64,000 nucleotides of DNA from an uncultured Desulfatitalea sp. (GCA_963668675.2 CAXXMB010000002.1:640001-704000); one strand, 5' to 3'; numbered from the stretch's first letter, positions 52,509-62,425 are shown. A program made the numbers and translations. Notes: generated by a model from the letters alone, not told the origin.

Positions 52509-53817
52509 AAAGCACGTTAAGCGTCTGTTTCATTCGGTCTTCTTCCGGCTCATTGCGGCCATTACCATTGCCGGCATCCTCATGACACTGACGGTGATGG
52601 GCGGTTTTTATACGATGAAAGAGACCATGGCTGAAACCTTCCGACGCAATTTCGCCCAGTATATCCACTACCTGATAGAAGACATCGGAGACCCGCCGGA
52701 CCGGATACGCGCAAAAGCCATCGCCGACCATACCGACATGAACATCCATTTCGAAAACCCGGAGACAGCCTGGACCGTCCCGGAAAGTGCCACCGTGCCC
52801 GATTTCAGTAATCCGAACCGTCTTTGGCACGACAGCAGGAAGGTGCAAGTCGGGGGAAGTCGCCATGGCCACTTTATAAAGGTTCATCACGGCGGTGGAC
52901 AACTTATCTTCTGGCGCCTGAAGAGCGATGCCTTTGAGCAGCAGGCGGCCAAAGCCGTGGTGAAAGTGTGTGTAGTGATGCTGCTGATCCTTACCGGGGC
53001 CTACCTCTATATCCGCAGAGTGATGCAGCCGGTGCGGTGGATGACCGCCGCAATGGACCAGTACGGTGACGGGAACCTCGACTACCGGATGCCGCTCAGG
53101 CGGGCCGATGAGTTTCAGGACCTTGCCGAAGCGGTCAATCGAATGGCCGATCGGATTCAAGCTCTGCTGGAGGCAAAAGAGAAGCTGCTGCTCGATGTCA
53201 GCCACGAACTGCGCACGCCCATCGCCCGCCTCAAGGTGGGTATCGAGCTCCTCTCCGATGAGGAGGACAAAGCCTCCCTCAGTGAAGACCTGGCCGAAAT
53301 GGAAGCCATGGTGAAGGAGATACTGGAAGCCGCCCGTCTGCGCCAATCCGCCGCCAGTCTCAACGTACAAAAGGTCGAGAGCGGAGCGTTTATCCAGTCG
53401 GTGGCAGAAGAATTTAGAGAGCGGCCGCCCGGTATTCAATTGATGACCATCGAAGAGACGACGCTCCTCCTCGACCCGCAGAAAGCGCGCACCGTGCTGA
53501 AAAATGTCATCGACAACGCCGTAAAATACTCCCACGAGAGCCAAGCCCCGGTGGAAATCGAAGCCAAGAGAGAAGAGGCGCGCTATCGCATCACGGTTCA
53601 GGATTTTGGCATCGGCATACCAGCCGACGACCTGAAGCGCGTGTTTGAACCCTTCTTTCGCGTGGACCTGTCAAGATCACGGGCCACCGGTGGATTCGGC
53701 CTTGGGCTTAGCCTGTGCAAAGCTATCATGGAGGCCCACGGTGGCGATATCCGCATCGAGAGCGAGCTGGGCCAAGGCACCCGGGTGATCATCTCATTCC
53801 CGATAGATCCGGACTGA
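52501..53817 (+). CDS. HAMP sensor histidine kinase
   Basis: 2 TM segments, HAMP, VSHELRTP, NAVKY, GFGLGL. Confidence 0.92.
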   Translation: MHKKHVKRLFHSVFFRLIAAITIAGILMTLTVMGGFYTMKETMAETFRRNFAQYIHYLIEDIGDPPDRIRAKAIADHTDMNIHFENPETAWTVPESATVPDFSNPNRLWHDSRKVQVGGSRHGHFIKVHHGGGQLIFWRLKSDAFEQQAAKAVVKVCVVMLLILTGAYLYIRRVMQPVRWMTAAMDQYGDGNLDYRMPLRRADEFQDLAEAVNRMADRIQALLEAKEKLLLDVSHELRTPIARLKVGIELLSDEEDKASLSEDLAEMEAMVKEILEAARLRQSAASLNVQKVESGAFIQSVAEEFRERPPGIQLMTIEETTLLLDPQKARTVLKNVIDNAVKYSHESQAPVEIEAKREEARYRITVQDFGIGIPADDLKRVFEPFFRVDLSRSRATGGFGLGLSLCKAIMEAHGGDIRIESELGQGTRVIISFPIDPD

Positions 53818-53842
53818 AAATGGCCAAATGATATCATCGGCT

Positions 53843-56107
53843 TTACTTCAGGATCTTGCTGTATATTGCCTTCCCATCTCCAGGTGCATAAAAGTCCGCG
53901 AGCACGGCTTCCAGCCGATAGCCGCTGTTCTCATAGAAGATCCGTGTACTGGCGTATTCGGCACGCTGGGAGGTCTCCACATAGATGCGTCGTCCCCCGG
54001 CTTTGTGGATGAGCCGTTCGGTCTCTTTTATCAATCTTCGCCCCATGCCCCGGCGCTGGAAATCGGGATGAACGGCGATCCAGTAAAGATCAAAGCTATT
54101 GGCACTTCCGGCGATGGGACCGTAACAGGTGTAGGCTACCAAACGCCCATAGTGCTCCGCCATCACGAAAAAGTATCCACTGGCATCGCCTTTGGCCAAC
54201 CGCTCATTGACCAGCTCCTGCGCCACACCCATCTCTGCCGTATTGAAAAAGCCGGTGATCTCCACAAGGCGACCAATACGTTCTGGATCTTGCGGCTCCA
54301 ACTCATGGCGCCAGCGAAGACCATGCATGGTCTCTTTGTTGGCTCTGCGAACCGCATACGTACTCTCGGTGGTCGCAGCGACCAACCCCCTGAAAAAATT
54401 CATACAGTTTGTGCCCAGCGTGCGGTTGCGGTATCCGCCCTCCTGGATCACCAGGGTGGGCAGTCCCAACTGGCCAATGATACGACCGTTGGCCTCAAAA
54501 TCCTTGGCGAGCAGATGCCAGGTACCGGTGGGGTCGCCCTTGGCAGTGTCCAAACCCAGGGCAATCAACAAAAATTGGGGCTTGAACGCCTCGATACGCA
54601 AAATGGCCTTGGCAAGCGCTTTTCGGTATTGCTCTCCATCGATCGATTCAGGCAACGGCATATTGCAGTTGAATCCCTCCCCCTCCCCCTCGCCCCGTTC
54701 ATCGTCGAACCCGGAAAAGTAAGGGTAGGCGAATTTCGGATGGCCGTGGATCGAGATGGTAAGCACATCGGATCGGCGGTAGAAGATATCCTGTTGCCCA
54801 TTGCCGTGATGGTAATCGATGTCCAATATAACCACCCGGCCATGACCACTTAAAAAGTGGGCGGCGATGGCGGTGTTGTTAAAATAGCAAAAACCGCCGA
54901 AGGCATTGCGCTCGGCATGGTGACCGGGCGGGCGTACCAACGCATATGCCACTCTCCGTCCCGCCAGTATTTCAGCGGCTGCGGTCAGGCTGCAATCCAC
55001 CCCGCGCCGCGCCGCTTTATATGCGTTGCGGTTGATGGGTGTGAAGGTGTCGATACAGTAGTAGCCGGCGAGAACCGAAGGCTCCTTGGGCGGCCGCGTC
55101 TTGTTGCGGATGGGGAAGATATACGGATAGAGCGATTTGCCTTCAGGCATCTCTTCGCAGGCCTTGCGCAGGTAGTTGACCAGATCGGTATCGTGCACTG
55201 CCGCGATATGTTTTCCGGAGAAGGTGCGCGGCTGGGAGAGCGCAAACAGGCCGCTGGGTTCCAATACCTTGAGGATGGTTCGAACCCGCACCGGCGCCTC
55301 CACATAGCCGCGGTCCTGCACGTGATGAATATCGTGGCGATCGTTGACAATCAGAGCGACCTGTTCGGTTGACCGACCGTTGACGTCCGTGCGCACCGCT
55401 TCAGGCTTGATGTAGCGAAACGGCCGCAGGCGAACAGGATCATCCCGAAACGAGGCGACCACCTTTTCAACATACTTGGGCGGGCAGTAGGAGGCATATT
55501 TGCGTTCAAGAATTGCGCGAACCACCTTGCGTGCGAAATCTTTTCGCAAGGATTGGGTGGTGTTCAGCCCATCGTAGACCAGATGCGGCATGCAGGTGTC
55601 TTCAGAGTGGATGCGCATCTCATAACCGGTCTGGATAATCGGTCTGGCGCCGTAACGCTCGTAAAATCTCAATCGCGAGCGATTCTGCTTGATCAGCTCC
55701 CTGTTTTCGCAATTTTGCGGGTCATCCGGAAGAGATTCGAAGAAAAGGCCTTCGGCATTTAACGCAACCGCTTCACTGCGAACCCGGTCGTAGAGCGCAC
55801 TGCCAAGACCGCCTCCGGTTTTGCCGCCAGCCAGGGCAATCCAGTCCAGATAGCAGAATCCGATCTCCGGTTCATGCAAAAGCATGGCGAATCCCATGAC
55901 GCGGTTCCGCAGGTTCTCTGCCACCAGAAGGATCGTACGAAAACGGTGCTTGAAAGGGTTGCGAAGCTTCTCGCCGATCAGAGCAAGCTCCTCTTCGGAA
56001 ACCCCATCAAACTGAACACGCAGAATCTCCCTTACCTGTTTGAGCATCTGCTGATTGATGGGCAACACATCGTCATAGACGCGTCGAATTTTAAGCACAG
56101 TCACCAC
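53843..56107 (-). CDS. GNAT-deacetylase(HDAC/acetylpolyamine amidohydrolase-like)-GNAT fusion
   Basis: GGGLGSAL and RFYERYG (GNAT1); RPPGHH, GFCYFNN, DIDYHHGNG, QEGGY (HDAC); VHPDFQRRGMG and FYENSGY (GNAT2). Confidence 0.88.
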   Translation of the reverse strand: MVTVLKIRRVYDDVLPINQQMLKQVREILRVQFDGVSEEELALIGEKLRNPFKHRFRTILLVAENLRNRVMGFAMLLHEPEIGFCYLDWIALAGGKTGGGLGSALYDRVRSEAVALNAEGLFFESLPDDPQNCENRELIKQNRSRLRFYERYGARPIIQTGYEMRIHSEDTCMPHLVYDGLNTTQSLRKDFARKVVRAILERKYASYCPPKYVEKVVASFRDDPVRLRPFRYIKPEAVRTDVNGRSTEQVALIVNDRHDIHHVQDRGYVEAPVRVRTILKVLEPSGLFALSQPRTFSGKHIAAVHDTDLVNYLRKACEEMPEGKSLYPYIFPIRNKTRPPKEPSVLAGYYCIDTFTPINRNAYKAARRGVDCSLTAAAEILAGRRVAYALVRPPGHHAERNAFGGFCYFNNTAIAAHFLSGHGRVVILDIDYHHGNGQQDIFYRRSDVLTISIHGHPKFAYPYFSGFDDERGEGEGEGFNCNMPLPESIDGEQYRKALAKAILRIEAFKPQFLLIALGLDTAKGDPTGTWHLLAKDFEANGRIIGQLGLPTLVIQEGGYRNRTLGTNCMNFFRGLVAATTESTYAVRRANKETMHGLRWRHELEPQDPERIGRLVEITGFFNTAEMGVAQELVNERLAKGDASGYFFVMAEHYGRLVAYTCYGPIAGSANSFDLYWIAVHPDFQRRGMGRRLIKETERLIHKAGGRRIYVETSQRAEYASTRIFYENSGYRLEAVLADFYAPGDGKAIYSKILK

Positions 56108-57167
56108 CTTGATGGATCGTATCGAAATGAGACCCTTTTGCTTCGGGGAGACCGGCCGAAGCCACGATCAGCTCAATGGCCTGACCGTAGGTCATCCCGG
56201 ATCGTTCGACGGCCGCTGCGAAACCTGCGTCCGGCGAGATGCAGGGATTGGTATTGATCTCCAATACCCACGGCCGGTTATCGGCATCGACACGGAAGTC
56301 CACGCGGGCATAGCCACTTAACTCGAACAGATCCCAACATTTCAGCGCCGTTGCGGTAAGCCGGGCCAAAAGAGGGGTCTCGTGCGGTTCAAAATCGAAG
56401 TGGCGCGGCGTGTGGTGATAAGCGTAACTCTCTTCGTGCCACTTCGCACTGTAATCGACAATTCGGGGGCGATCGTCGGCAAAGCCTTCAAATATGATTT
56501 CCGCGGGAGGAAGCACTTTGGGACCGCCATGGTAACCCATCAGCGACAAATTAAACTCGCGCCCCTCGATGAATGCTTCCGCGAAGCACGCCCCTCCCAG
56601 TTGCGGCGCTCGCTCGGCCATCATAACGGGCAGAAGATGGGTTTGCATGCCCTCGACGATGGCCGTTTCGTCCAAGCCCATGGATGCGTGCTCCCAGACC
56701 GATTTGATGATCCAACGCCGGGGCCGATCAGCCTCATCCGGAAGCACACAACCTGGTCCGATGCCGCAAAAACCGACCCATTGGGGCGTGGGCACGCCCC
56801 TGTCGTCGAGCCGGGTTTTGGCCAATACTTTGTTGGATGTCAGAAAGAGCGCTTCGGCCGATGCGCCGGTGTAAGGCATCCCCAAGGTGTCCAGCAACGC
56901 CGGAAAACAGTGGATCAGCCTGCCCGAACCGGCCAGAGACTCGACCAGATTGAAGATAAGATCGGGCTTGAGTTTCCCCAGCCGGTCTGCCACCGAAGCC
57001 AAATTGAGGTCACACGCCAACACCTCGGTATGGTGGCCCAAATGGTGAAGGGCATCCGTTACCGCTCGCACCTGGGCCAGCACATCCAGTTCATCCGGCG
57101 TGCTGGATTGGGCCAAGGCGTTATGAACAACAGCCACAAGCAAGGAGCGCCTCCTTCCTCGAGCCAT
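56091..57167 (-). CDS. D-Ala-D-Ala ligase-like ATP-grasp protein 2
   Basis: FNLVES, KSVWEHASMG, EAFIEGREF, YARVDFR, LEINTNP. Confidence 0.87.
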   Translation of the reverse strand: MARGRRRSLLVAVVHNALAQSSTPDELDVLAQVRAVTDALHHLGHHTEVLACDLNLASVADRLGKLKPDLIFNLVESLAGSGRLIHCFPALLDTLGMPYTGASAEALFLTSNKVLAKTRLDDRGVPTPQWVGFCGIGPGCVLPDEADRPRRWIIKSVWEHASMGLDETAIVEGMQTHLLPVMMAERAPQLGGACFAEAFIEGREFNLSLMGYHGGPKVLPPAEIIFEGFADDRPRIVDYSAKWHEESYAYHHTPRHFDFEPHETPLLARLTATALKCWDLFELSGYARVDFRVDADNRPWVLEINTNPCISPDAGFAAAVERSGMTYGQAIELIVASAGLPEAKGSHFDTIHQGGDCA

Positions 57168-58158
57168 TAACCGCCCCCCGGACGCGCTGCGTGGCTGAGT
57201 CCAAAATCCAACCGATCAACTGAACGTAATCAACCCCGAGTGCACTGCATAGAATCGGAAGATCTGAATGCTGGGGATGCAGCCCGGCCAGCGGATTGAC
57301 CTCCATAAATTGAGGTGAACCAGTCTCATCACAGCGGATGTCCACCCGCCCGCCGTCCCGGCAGCCCAAAACCCGCCATGCTTCCAGCGCAATCTCTTCC
57401 GATCGCGCCACGGTGCGACTCTCCTCGGGACGAACCACGGCGTAGGTCACCCTATCTTCGCAATACTCTTTATTGGTATAAGAGTAGACATTGGGGTCCG
57501 CGTTTTGAAGCAACGTCACCTCGAGGGTCCCCAGCACCCGGGATTGAGCACCGGTGCCGATGATGCCGACGGTAAACTCCCTGCCCGGCAGGAACTGCTC
57601 AACCAGTACCGGCTGCCGGAAATGCGATATCAGTTTTTCGCAAGCAGCCGCCAGATCATCTTGGGCGCGCACGATCGATTCGACCGTCACCCCTTTTCCG
57701 GTACCTTCGGCCACAGGTTTTAAGAAATAAGGTGGTGCAAAACCGATATGGCGCACCTCTTCGGGTGCATCGACAACCGCAAAATCGCAGCAAGGAATGC
57801 CGGCGTCGCGCACCACCCGCTTGGTCATCCCTTTATGCAGGGTCAGGGCCATGACCAACGGATCGGAGAAGGTATATGGTATGCCGAAAAGATCCAGGAT
57901 GGCAGGCACCTGGGCTTCCCTTCCAATACCGTGCAAGCCCTCTGCGATGTTGAACACCAGGTCCCAGCGATCTCCCCGTGCCAACCGATCGATCAACTGT
58001 CTGGCATGGCCGATGCGCTCGGGCAGGAAACCCAATGCTGCCAGGGCCGCTTCGATGGCGGAAATGGTGTCGTCCCGGTCGAATTCGGCCGTCTCCTCCT
58101 CGCTGTATCCGGCCTTCAGATATTCGGAGCGCATATCATACGTAATGCCAATTTTCAT
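57121..58158 (-). CDS. D-Ala-D-Ala ligase-like ATP-grasp protein 1
   Basis: FNIAEG, KPVAEGTGKG, EQFLPGREF, RVDIR, EVNPLAG. Confidence 0.87.
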   Translation of the reverse strand: MKIGITYDMRSEYLKAGYSEEETAEFDRDDTISAIEAALAALGFLPERIGHARQLIDRLARGDRWDLVFNIAEGLHGIGREAQVPAILDLFGIPYTFSDPLVMALTLHKGMTKRVVRDAGIPCCDFAVVDAPEEVRHIGFAPPYFLKPVAEGTGKGVTVESIVRAQDDLAAACEKLISHFRQPVLVEQFLPGREFTVGIIGTGAQSRVLGTLEVTLLQNADPNVYSYTNKEYCEDRVTYAVVRPEESRTVARSEEIALEAWRVLGCRDGGRVDIRCDETGSPQFMEVNPLAGLHPQHSDLPILCSALGVDYVQLIGWILDSATQRVRGAVNGSRKEALLACGCCS

Positions 58159-58181
58159 CTCATCTCTTCTTTCAGTATTCG

Positions 58182-59474
58182 TTATGGTGCATCAGGGTAA
58201 CGGTATAACTTCTCTTCATAATTCCTCAAGACGATGCTGTCGCCATCTCGCCCCTGGCAGTAGTCCGGCATCAACGGTATTTTGCCTCCGCCTCCCGGTG
58301 CGTCGATGACATAGGTAGGTATGGCGTAGCCTGAGGTGAACCCCCTCAGCCCGCGAATAATCTCCAACCCCTTATCCACTGATGTGCGAAAATGGGATGA
58401 ACCGGTGATGGGGTCGCATTGGTACAGATAATAGGGCCTGACACGCATCTTGAGCAGGTGATGCAGCAAATCCCGCATGACCTCCACAGAGTCATTAATG
58501 CCGCGCAGCAGTACGGTCTGGGATCCCAGAGGGATGCCGGCATCCGCCAAGCGCTGGCATGCGCGGTAAGCCTCGGGGGTGCACTCATCCGGGTGGGTAA
58601 AGTGCAAACTCATCCACAGCGGATGATAGCGGCGCAGCATCTTTACCAACTGCGGCGTGATCCGCTGGGGAAGTACCGCCGGAATCTTGGTTCCGATCCG
58701 GATGATTTCGACATGCTCGATTTGCCGGAGTCGTTTCAAGAGCCACTCCAGACGCACATCCCCCAGGGTTAAGGGATCACCTCCGGACAGCAGTACATCC
58801 CGTATCGAGGGGGTTCGACGAATATAGTCGAGGGCCTGCTCCAGACGTCTCCGGTTAAAAAACAGGCGGCCGTGCCCCACGATCCGCGAACGGGTGCAAT
58901 AGCGGCAATAGGTTGAGCAGAAATCGAGCGTTAAAAACAGTACGCGATCAGGATAGCGGTGGACCAGACCCGGTACCGGACTCTGGTTCTCTTCGCCCAA
59001 TGGATCATCCGCTTCACCCGGAAGGGCAATGAACTCGTTCACCGTCGGAACCACCGTCCGCCGCAATGCATATTCTGTGTCGCGGTCCGCCAGCAAGCTG
59101 AGAAAATAGGGCGTGATGGCCAGCGGCAACTTGGTCTGATGATCTTCCAAAGCGGCCTTTTCCGCAGATGTTAGCACCAAAAACTTTTCCAGCACATCCT
59201 TTGAACGCACCCTGTTGGCGATTTGCCAACGCCAGTCGTTCCACTGGCGGTCTGTGATGCCTGAAAAGTAGGTTTGCTTGAATTTTCTTGCCGTTCGGCT
59301 TGTTGAGGAGAGGGGTTTAACTGGAGGAAGGGCCTTAAGGGCCGGTAGGTCGGAAATGGTCACTCCGACTGATCTGCTGGGAGGCTCTTCTTCGACCTCG
59401 GAACTCGTGTCGGTCGAGCATTTCACTTCTGACACCTTTTTGAGGTGCACGAATCGACGTGTGGTTAAGCGCAT
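58182..59474 (-). CDS. KamA-family radical SAM/PLP 2,3-aminomutase
   Basis: HRYPDR, CSTYCRYC, SGGDPL, YLYQCD, DAPGGGGK. Confidence 0.92.
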   Translation of the reverse strand: MRLTTRRFVHLKKVSEVKCSTDTSSEVEEEPPSRSVGVTISDLPALKALPPVKPLSSTSRTARKFKQTYFSGITDRQWNDWRWQIANRVRSKDVLEKFLVLTSAEKAALEDHQTKLPLAITPYFLSLLADRDTEYALRRTVVPTVNEFIALPGEADDPLGEENQSPVPGLVHRYPDRVLFLTLDFCSTYCRYCTRSRIVGHGRLFFNRRRLEQALDYIRRTPSIRDVLLSGGDPLTLGDVRLEWLLKRLRQIEHVEIIRIGTKIPAVLPQRITPQLVKMLRRYHPLWMSLHFTHPDECTPEAYRACQRLADAGIPLGSQTVLLRGINDSVEVMRDLLHHLLKMRVRPYYLYQCDPITGSSHFRTSVDKGLEIIRGLRGFTSGYAIPTYVIDAPGGGGKIPLMPDYCQGRDGDSIVLRNYEEKLYRYPDAP

Positions 59475-59574
59475 TGGGAATGGACTCCTTTATAGTCTAT
59501 CGACAGTACCTAATATGACAAGAAATGGGCACCATCCAATCCAGATGGTGCCCACGCTGAAGATCCGCATTGTG

Positions 59575-59847
59575 CTATTCGATAACTTTAAAACTGACGA
59601 CCTTAAGCGTCTTGCTGCCGTCTTCCTCCATGAGGGTGCCTTGGACTTCGACCTTCTTTCCCACGTTGGCGACCAGGTCATCACCCTTTTCATCCTCTGC
59701 GACATCATAGACGTCACCGTTGTCGGCAACGATCTGGTAGTCACCATTGACTTCACCGGTGATGGTTACCTCGCCGGCCAAGGCCGTACCGAGACCCCAC
59801 ACTGCCAGAAGAACGGCTGCTAAAAGAACCACGGTTTTTACTTTCAT
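59575..59847 (-). CDS. Small secreted beta-rich (OB-fold-like) protein
   Basis: Signal peptide ending ALA; VGKKVEVQG; AAGGAG RBS. Confidence 0.7.
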   Translation of the reverse strand: MKVKTVVLLAAVLLAVWGLGTALAGEVTITGEVNGDYQIVADNGDVYDVAEDEKGDDLVANVGKKVEVQGTLMEEDGSKTLKVVSFKVIE

Positions 59848-60281
59848 CTCAATCTCCTTGTTGATGATCATGACGGCCGTACTGATGGCAACACTATAAC
59901 CAATTTGCGTGCCAAAACTTAACCGCCTGTATTTGCTAATATAAGTATACACCCCCCTTTTGGTGCCGGAACCATCAGTTCCGCAAACCAGATGCGGCAT
60001 CGCACATTCATCTATTCGACTCCCAATCCAGGCCCTATCAGAGAAGCAAGAGCGAAAGCTGGATAGGGAATCGTCGGTTCCTAATCTCAGATAAACAGAA
60101 CTTCATATTCTGATATGGCAATCGAGAAAAAGGGAGATAAGGACCGTGCTTGCGATTTATATTTTAACCGATTTGACAATCGCCCCTTAAACAGAGTAAG
60201 CGCCTGGGGGAATTGGTGTTGTGCCGGTTCGTGTGACAGGAACACCCGCATCCCGCTGACAAAGGAACGATAGGAAATTGC

Positions 60282-60545
60282 ATGAAAAGCTTTGAAGGCC
60301 TGTTTCGTGAACTCCAGCAGAAGGTGGCCACACAAAACCCCGATTCGGGCACGGTACGTCTTGTGGAGAAGGGGCGCCATGCCATCGGGAAAAAAATCAT
60401 CGAAGAAGCTGGAGAGGTATGGATGGCGGCAGAGTACGAGGGACGAGAGAAGACCGCCGAGGAGATCTCCCAACTGATCTACCACCTTCAGGTGATGATG
60501 ATCGATTGCGAACTGGAGTTGGAAGACGTTTATAAATATCTGTAG
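60282..60545 (+). CDS. hisE: Phosphoribosyl-ATP pyrophosphatase
   Basis: [25 protein letters not shown]; adjacent to hisG. Confidence 0.92.
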   Translation: MKSFEGLFRELQQKVATQNPDSGTVRLVEKGRHAIGKKIIEEAGEVWMAAEYEGREKTAEEISQLIYHLQVMMIDCELELEDVYKYL

Positions 60546-60613
60546 ATGCAAAGCTGGTTTTAAAATATGTTTGCGTGCCGTTTGACGGTGCGCATCGATT
60601 ATGGAGGTGTCTT

Positions 60614-61462
60614 TTGCTTCAGATTGCACTGCCCAATAAAGGTTCTCTCTCCGAGGCGGCCATCGAGCTGGTTCGCGAAGCCGGCTACCATTGTCGCCGC
60701 TACAGCCGCGAACTGGTGGTGCGCGACAAGTCTCACCCCATCGAATATATCTTCCTGCGCCCCAAGGACATCGCAGTATACGTCAGCCGCGGATTGTTGG
60801 ATCTGGGAATTACGGGACGCGACTTGGCGCTGGACAGCCGGGCCGATTTCGAGGAGCTGTTACCGCTTCAGTTCGGTCGTTCGTCCTTTTATTACGCTGT
60901 CCCCCAGGAGAGCGACCTGACGCCCGACCAGTTTAATGGGCTGCGCATCGCCACTTCCTATGCGAATATCGTTAAGGCAGATCTTCAAAAAAGAGGGGTG
61001 AGTGCCGAGGTGGTCCATCTGGACGGCGCTGTAGAGATCTCCATCCGTCTGGGAGTGGCAGACGCCATTGCCGATGTGGTCGAATCGGGCCGCACAATGA
61101 TGGAAGCCGGGCTCAAGACCGTCGGTGAGCCCCTCGTCTCCTCGGAGGCGATTCTTATCGCACGAGACCCAAGCGTGGCCCGGAATGATTTGGTCAGGCA
61201 GTTCAGTGAGCGCCTCAAAGGCATCATCGTGGCGCGGTCTTATGTGATGGTGGAGTATGACACCCCCAATGCGCTTCTGGAGATGGCCTGCATGATCACC
61301 CCCGGGATTGAGGCTCCCACAGTGGCGCCGCTCAGCCGTGAGGGCTGGGTGGCCATCAAGTCTATGGCCAAAAAGAGCGAGGTCAACGATATCATGGATC
61401 AACTGGCCAAGATGGGGGCTAAAGGAATTATCGTGACGCCCATTCGCACCTGTCGAATCTGA
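60614..61462 (+). CDS. hisG: ATP phosphoribosyltransferase, long form
   Basis: IALPNKGSL, LRPKDI, GITGRD, DVVESGRT, PGIEAPTV; TTG start after GGAGGT. Confidence 0.93.
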   Translation: MLQIALPNKGSLSEAAIELVREAGYHCRRYSRELVVRDKSHPIEYIFLRPKDIAVYVSRGLLDLGITGRDLALDSRADFEELLPLQFGRSSFYYAVPQESDLTPDQFNGLRIATSYANIVKADLQKRGVSAEVVHLDGAVEISIRLGVADAIADVVESGRTMMEAGLKTVGEPLVSSEAILIARDPSVARNDLVRQFSERLKGIIVARSYVMVEYDTPNALLEMACMITPGIEAPTVAPLSREGWVAIKSMAKKSEVNDIMDQLAKMGAKGIIVTPIRTCRI

Positions 61463-61487
61463 GCATCACCGATCGAAGGCCTGCGCT

Positions 61488-62138
61488 TTAAAAACGAAAA
61501 CCGGCCGACAAGGTGATGGTGTAACCAATCAGGTCACCATCCAGGTCGATGAGAAGCGGCCCCTCGGTCTCGTGAAGATCGACATCGTCGGTCCAGCGAT
61601 ACAGCCCCTGCAAACCGACGAAAAAGCGTTGGGTAATGTCATAGTTTGCCCCGATCACCGCATGGGCCCCAAAGACGCCATCGCCATCATCCGAATCGAA
61701 GTCGCCCATCGTCTGTGTATCGAGCTCCGAACTGAGGGAGACGAAGTAGTACCCCACACCACCGCCACCAAAAATCCTCACCGGACCGACAGGAAACTCC
61801 CCCTTCAACGTGGCCAGCACACCGAATACAGCCAGAACGTCTTCGCGCTCATAATTGCCCGTAGCCGTGGAAAAGCCGTCAGACTCGCTGTCCGCGCCGA
61901 AAAAATCGATCTCCGCCTCAAGAATCAGGTAGCGGTTCAGGTAGCGGCCATATCGACCTCCGACGGCCAAACCAGCGCCGAAGCCGGCATCATCCATATC
62001 TTCCGTGAAATCGTTCACCCCTAAATGAATCTGTCCGTAGTTGCGATAGGTGCTATCGGCTTCCGCCCCGGCGCTACCCGTAAATCCAGCAGCCAAAACC
62101 ATCAAGACCAAAACCACCAAAGCCAATTTCTTCATCAT
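61488..62138 (-). CDS. Small outer-membrane beta-barrel protein
   Basis: Signal peptide, about 8 amphipathic strands, terminal GFRF. Confidence 0.8.
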   Translation of the reverse strand: MMKKLALVVLVLMVLAAGFTGSAGAEADSTYRNYGQIHLGVNDFTEDMDDAGFGAGLAVGGRYGRYLNRYLILEAEIDFFGADSESDGFSTATGNYEREDVLAVFGVLATLKGEFPVGPVRIFGGGGVGYYFVSLSSELDTQTMGDFDSDDGDGVFGAHAVIGANYDITQRFFVGLQGLYRWTDDVDLHETEGPLLIDLDGDLIGYTITLSAGFRF

Positions 62139-62202
62139 CGTCACCCCTCCCTCTTTCTTTCTTTGGCCATCGTCACGATCCTTCACCTTGTTCATTCATT
62201 CT

Positions 62203-62338
62203 TGACGATTTCGTAAAAGGTCATCAATCTACCTGTATCGTCATTCCGGCGAAAGCCAGAATCCAGTCTTTTCAATGGGTTCTGGACGCCGGATCAAGTC
62301 CGGCATGACGGGTGAGGAACTTTTTTACGAGTTGATCA
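62203..62338. repeat. MITE-like element with a CGTC-type REP core (62239-62310)
   Basis: Outer tcgtaaaa/ttttacga; core cgtcattccggcgaaagccagaatccag...ctggacgccggatcaagtccggcatgacg. Confidence 0.7.
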
Positions 62339-62425
62339 TTCTTTGGTATTTCCAAATACGGCTCCAGGCGCAAGCTGTCACAGCCACCCGGATTGTTCGG
62401 TATTTCCCGAAAACAAAAAGGAAAA

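Noticed and set aside
56091..58158. Housekeeping ddl or vancomycin-resistance ligases (also the VanZ gene as a resistance marker)
   Set aside because: Missing Ddl N-terminal motif, no mur or vanHX context; VanZ-like proteins are widespread
58182..59474. EpmB, AblA or glutamate 2,3-aminomutase as specific calls
   Set aside because: No efp/epmA nearby, operon differs from simple ablAB, and the acidic substrate-binding residues argue against glutamate; left at family level
60000..60281. His attenuator leader peptide
   Set aside because: The short upstream ORF has no His codons and no terminator hairpin with a U tract was seen
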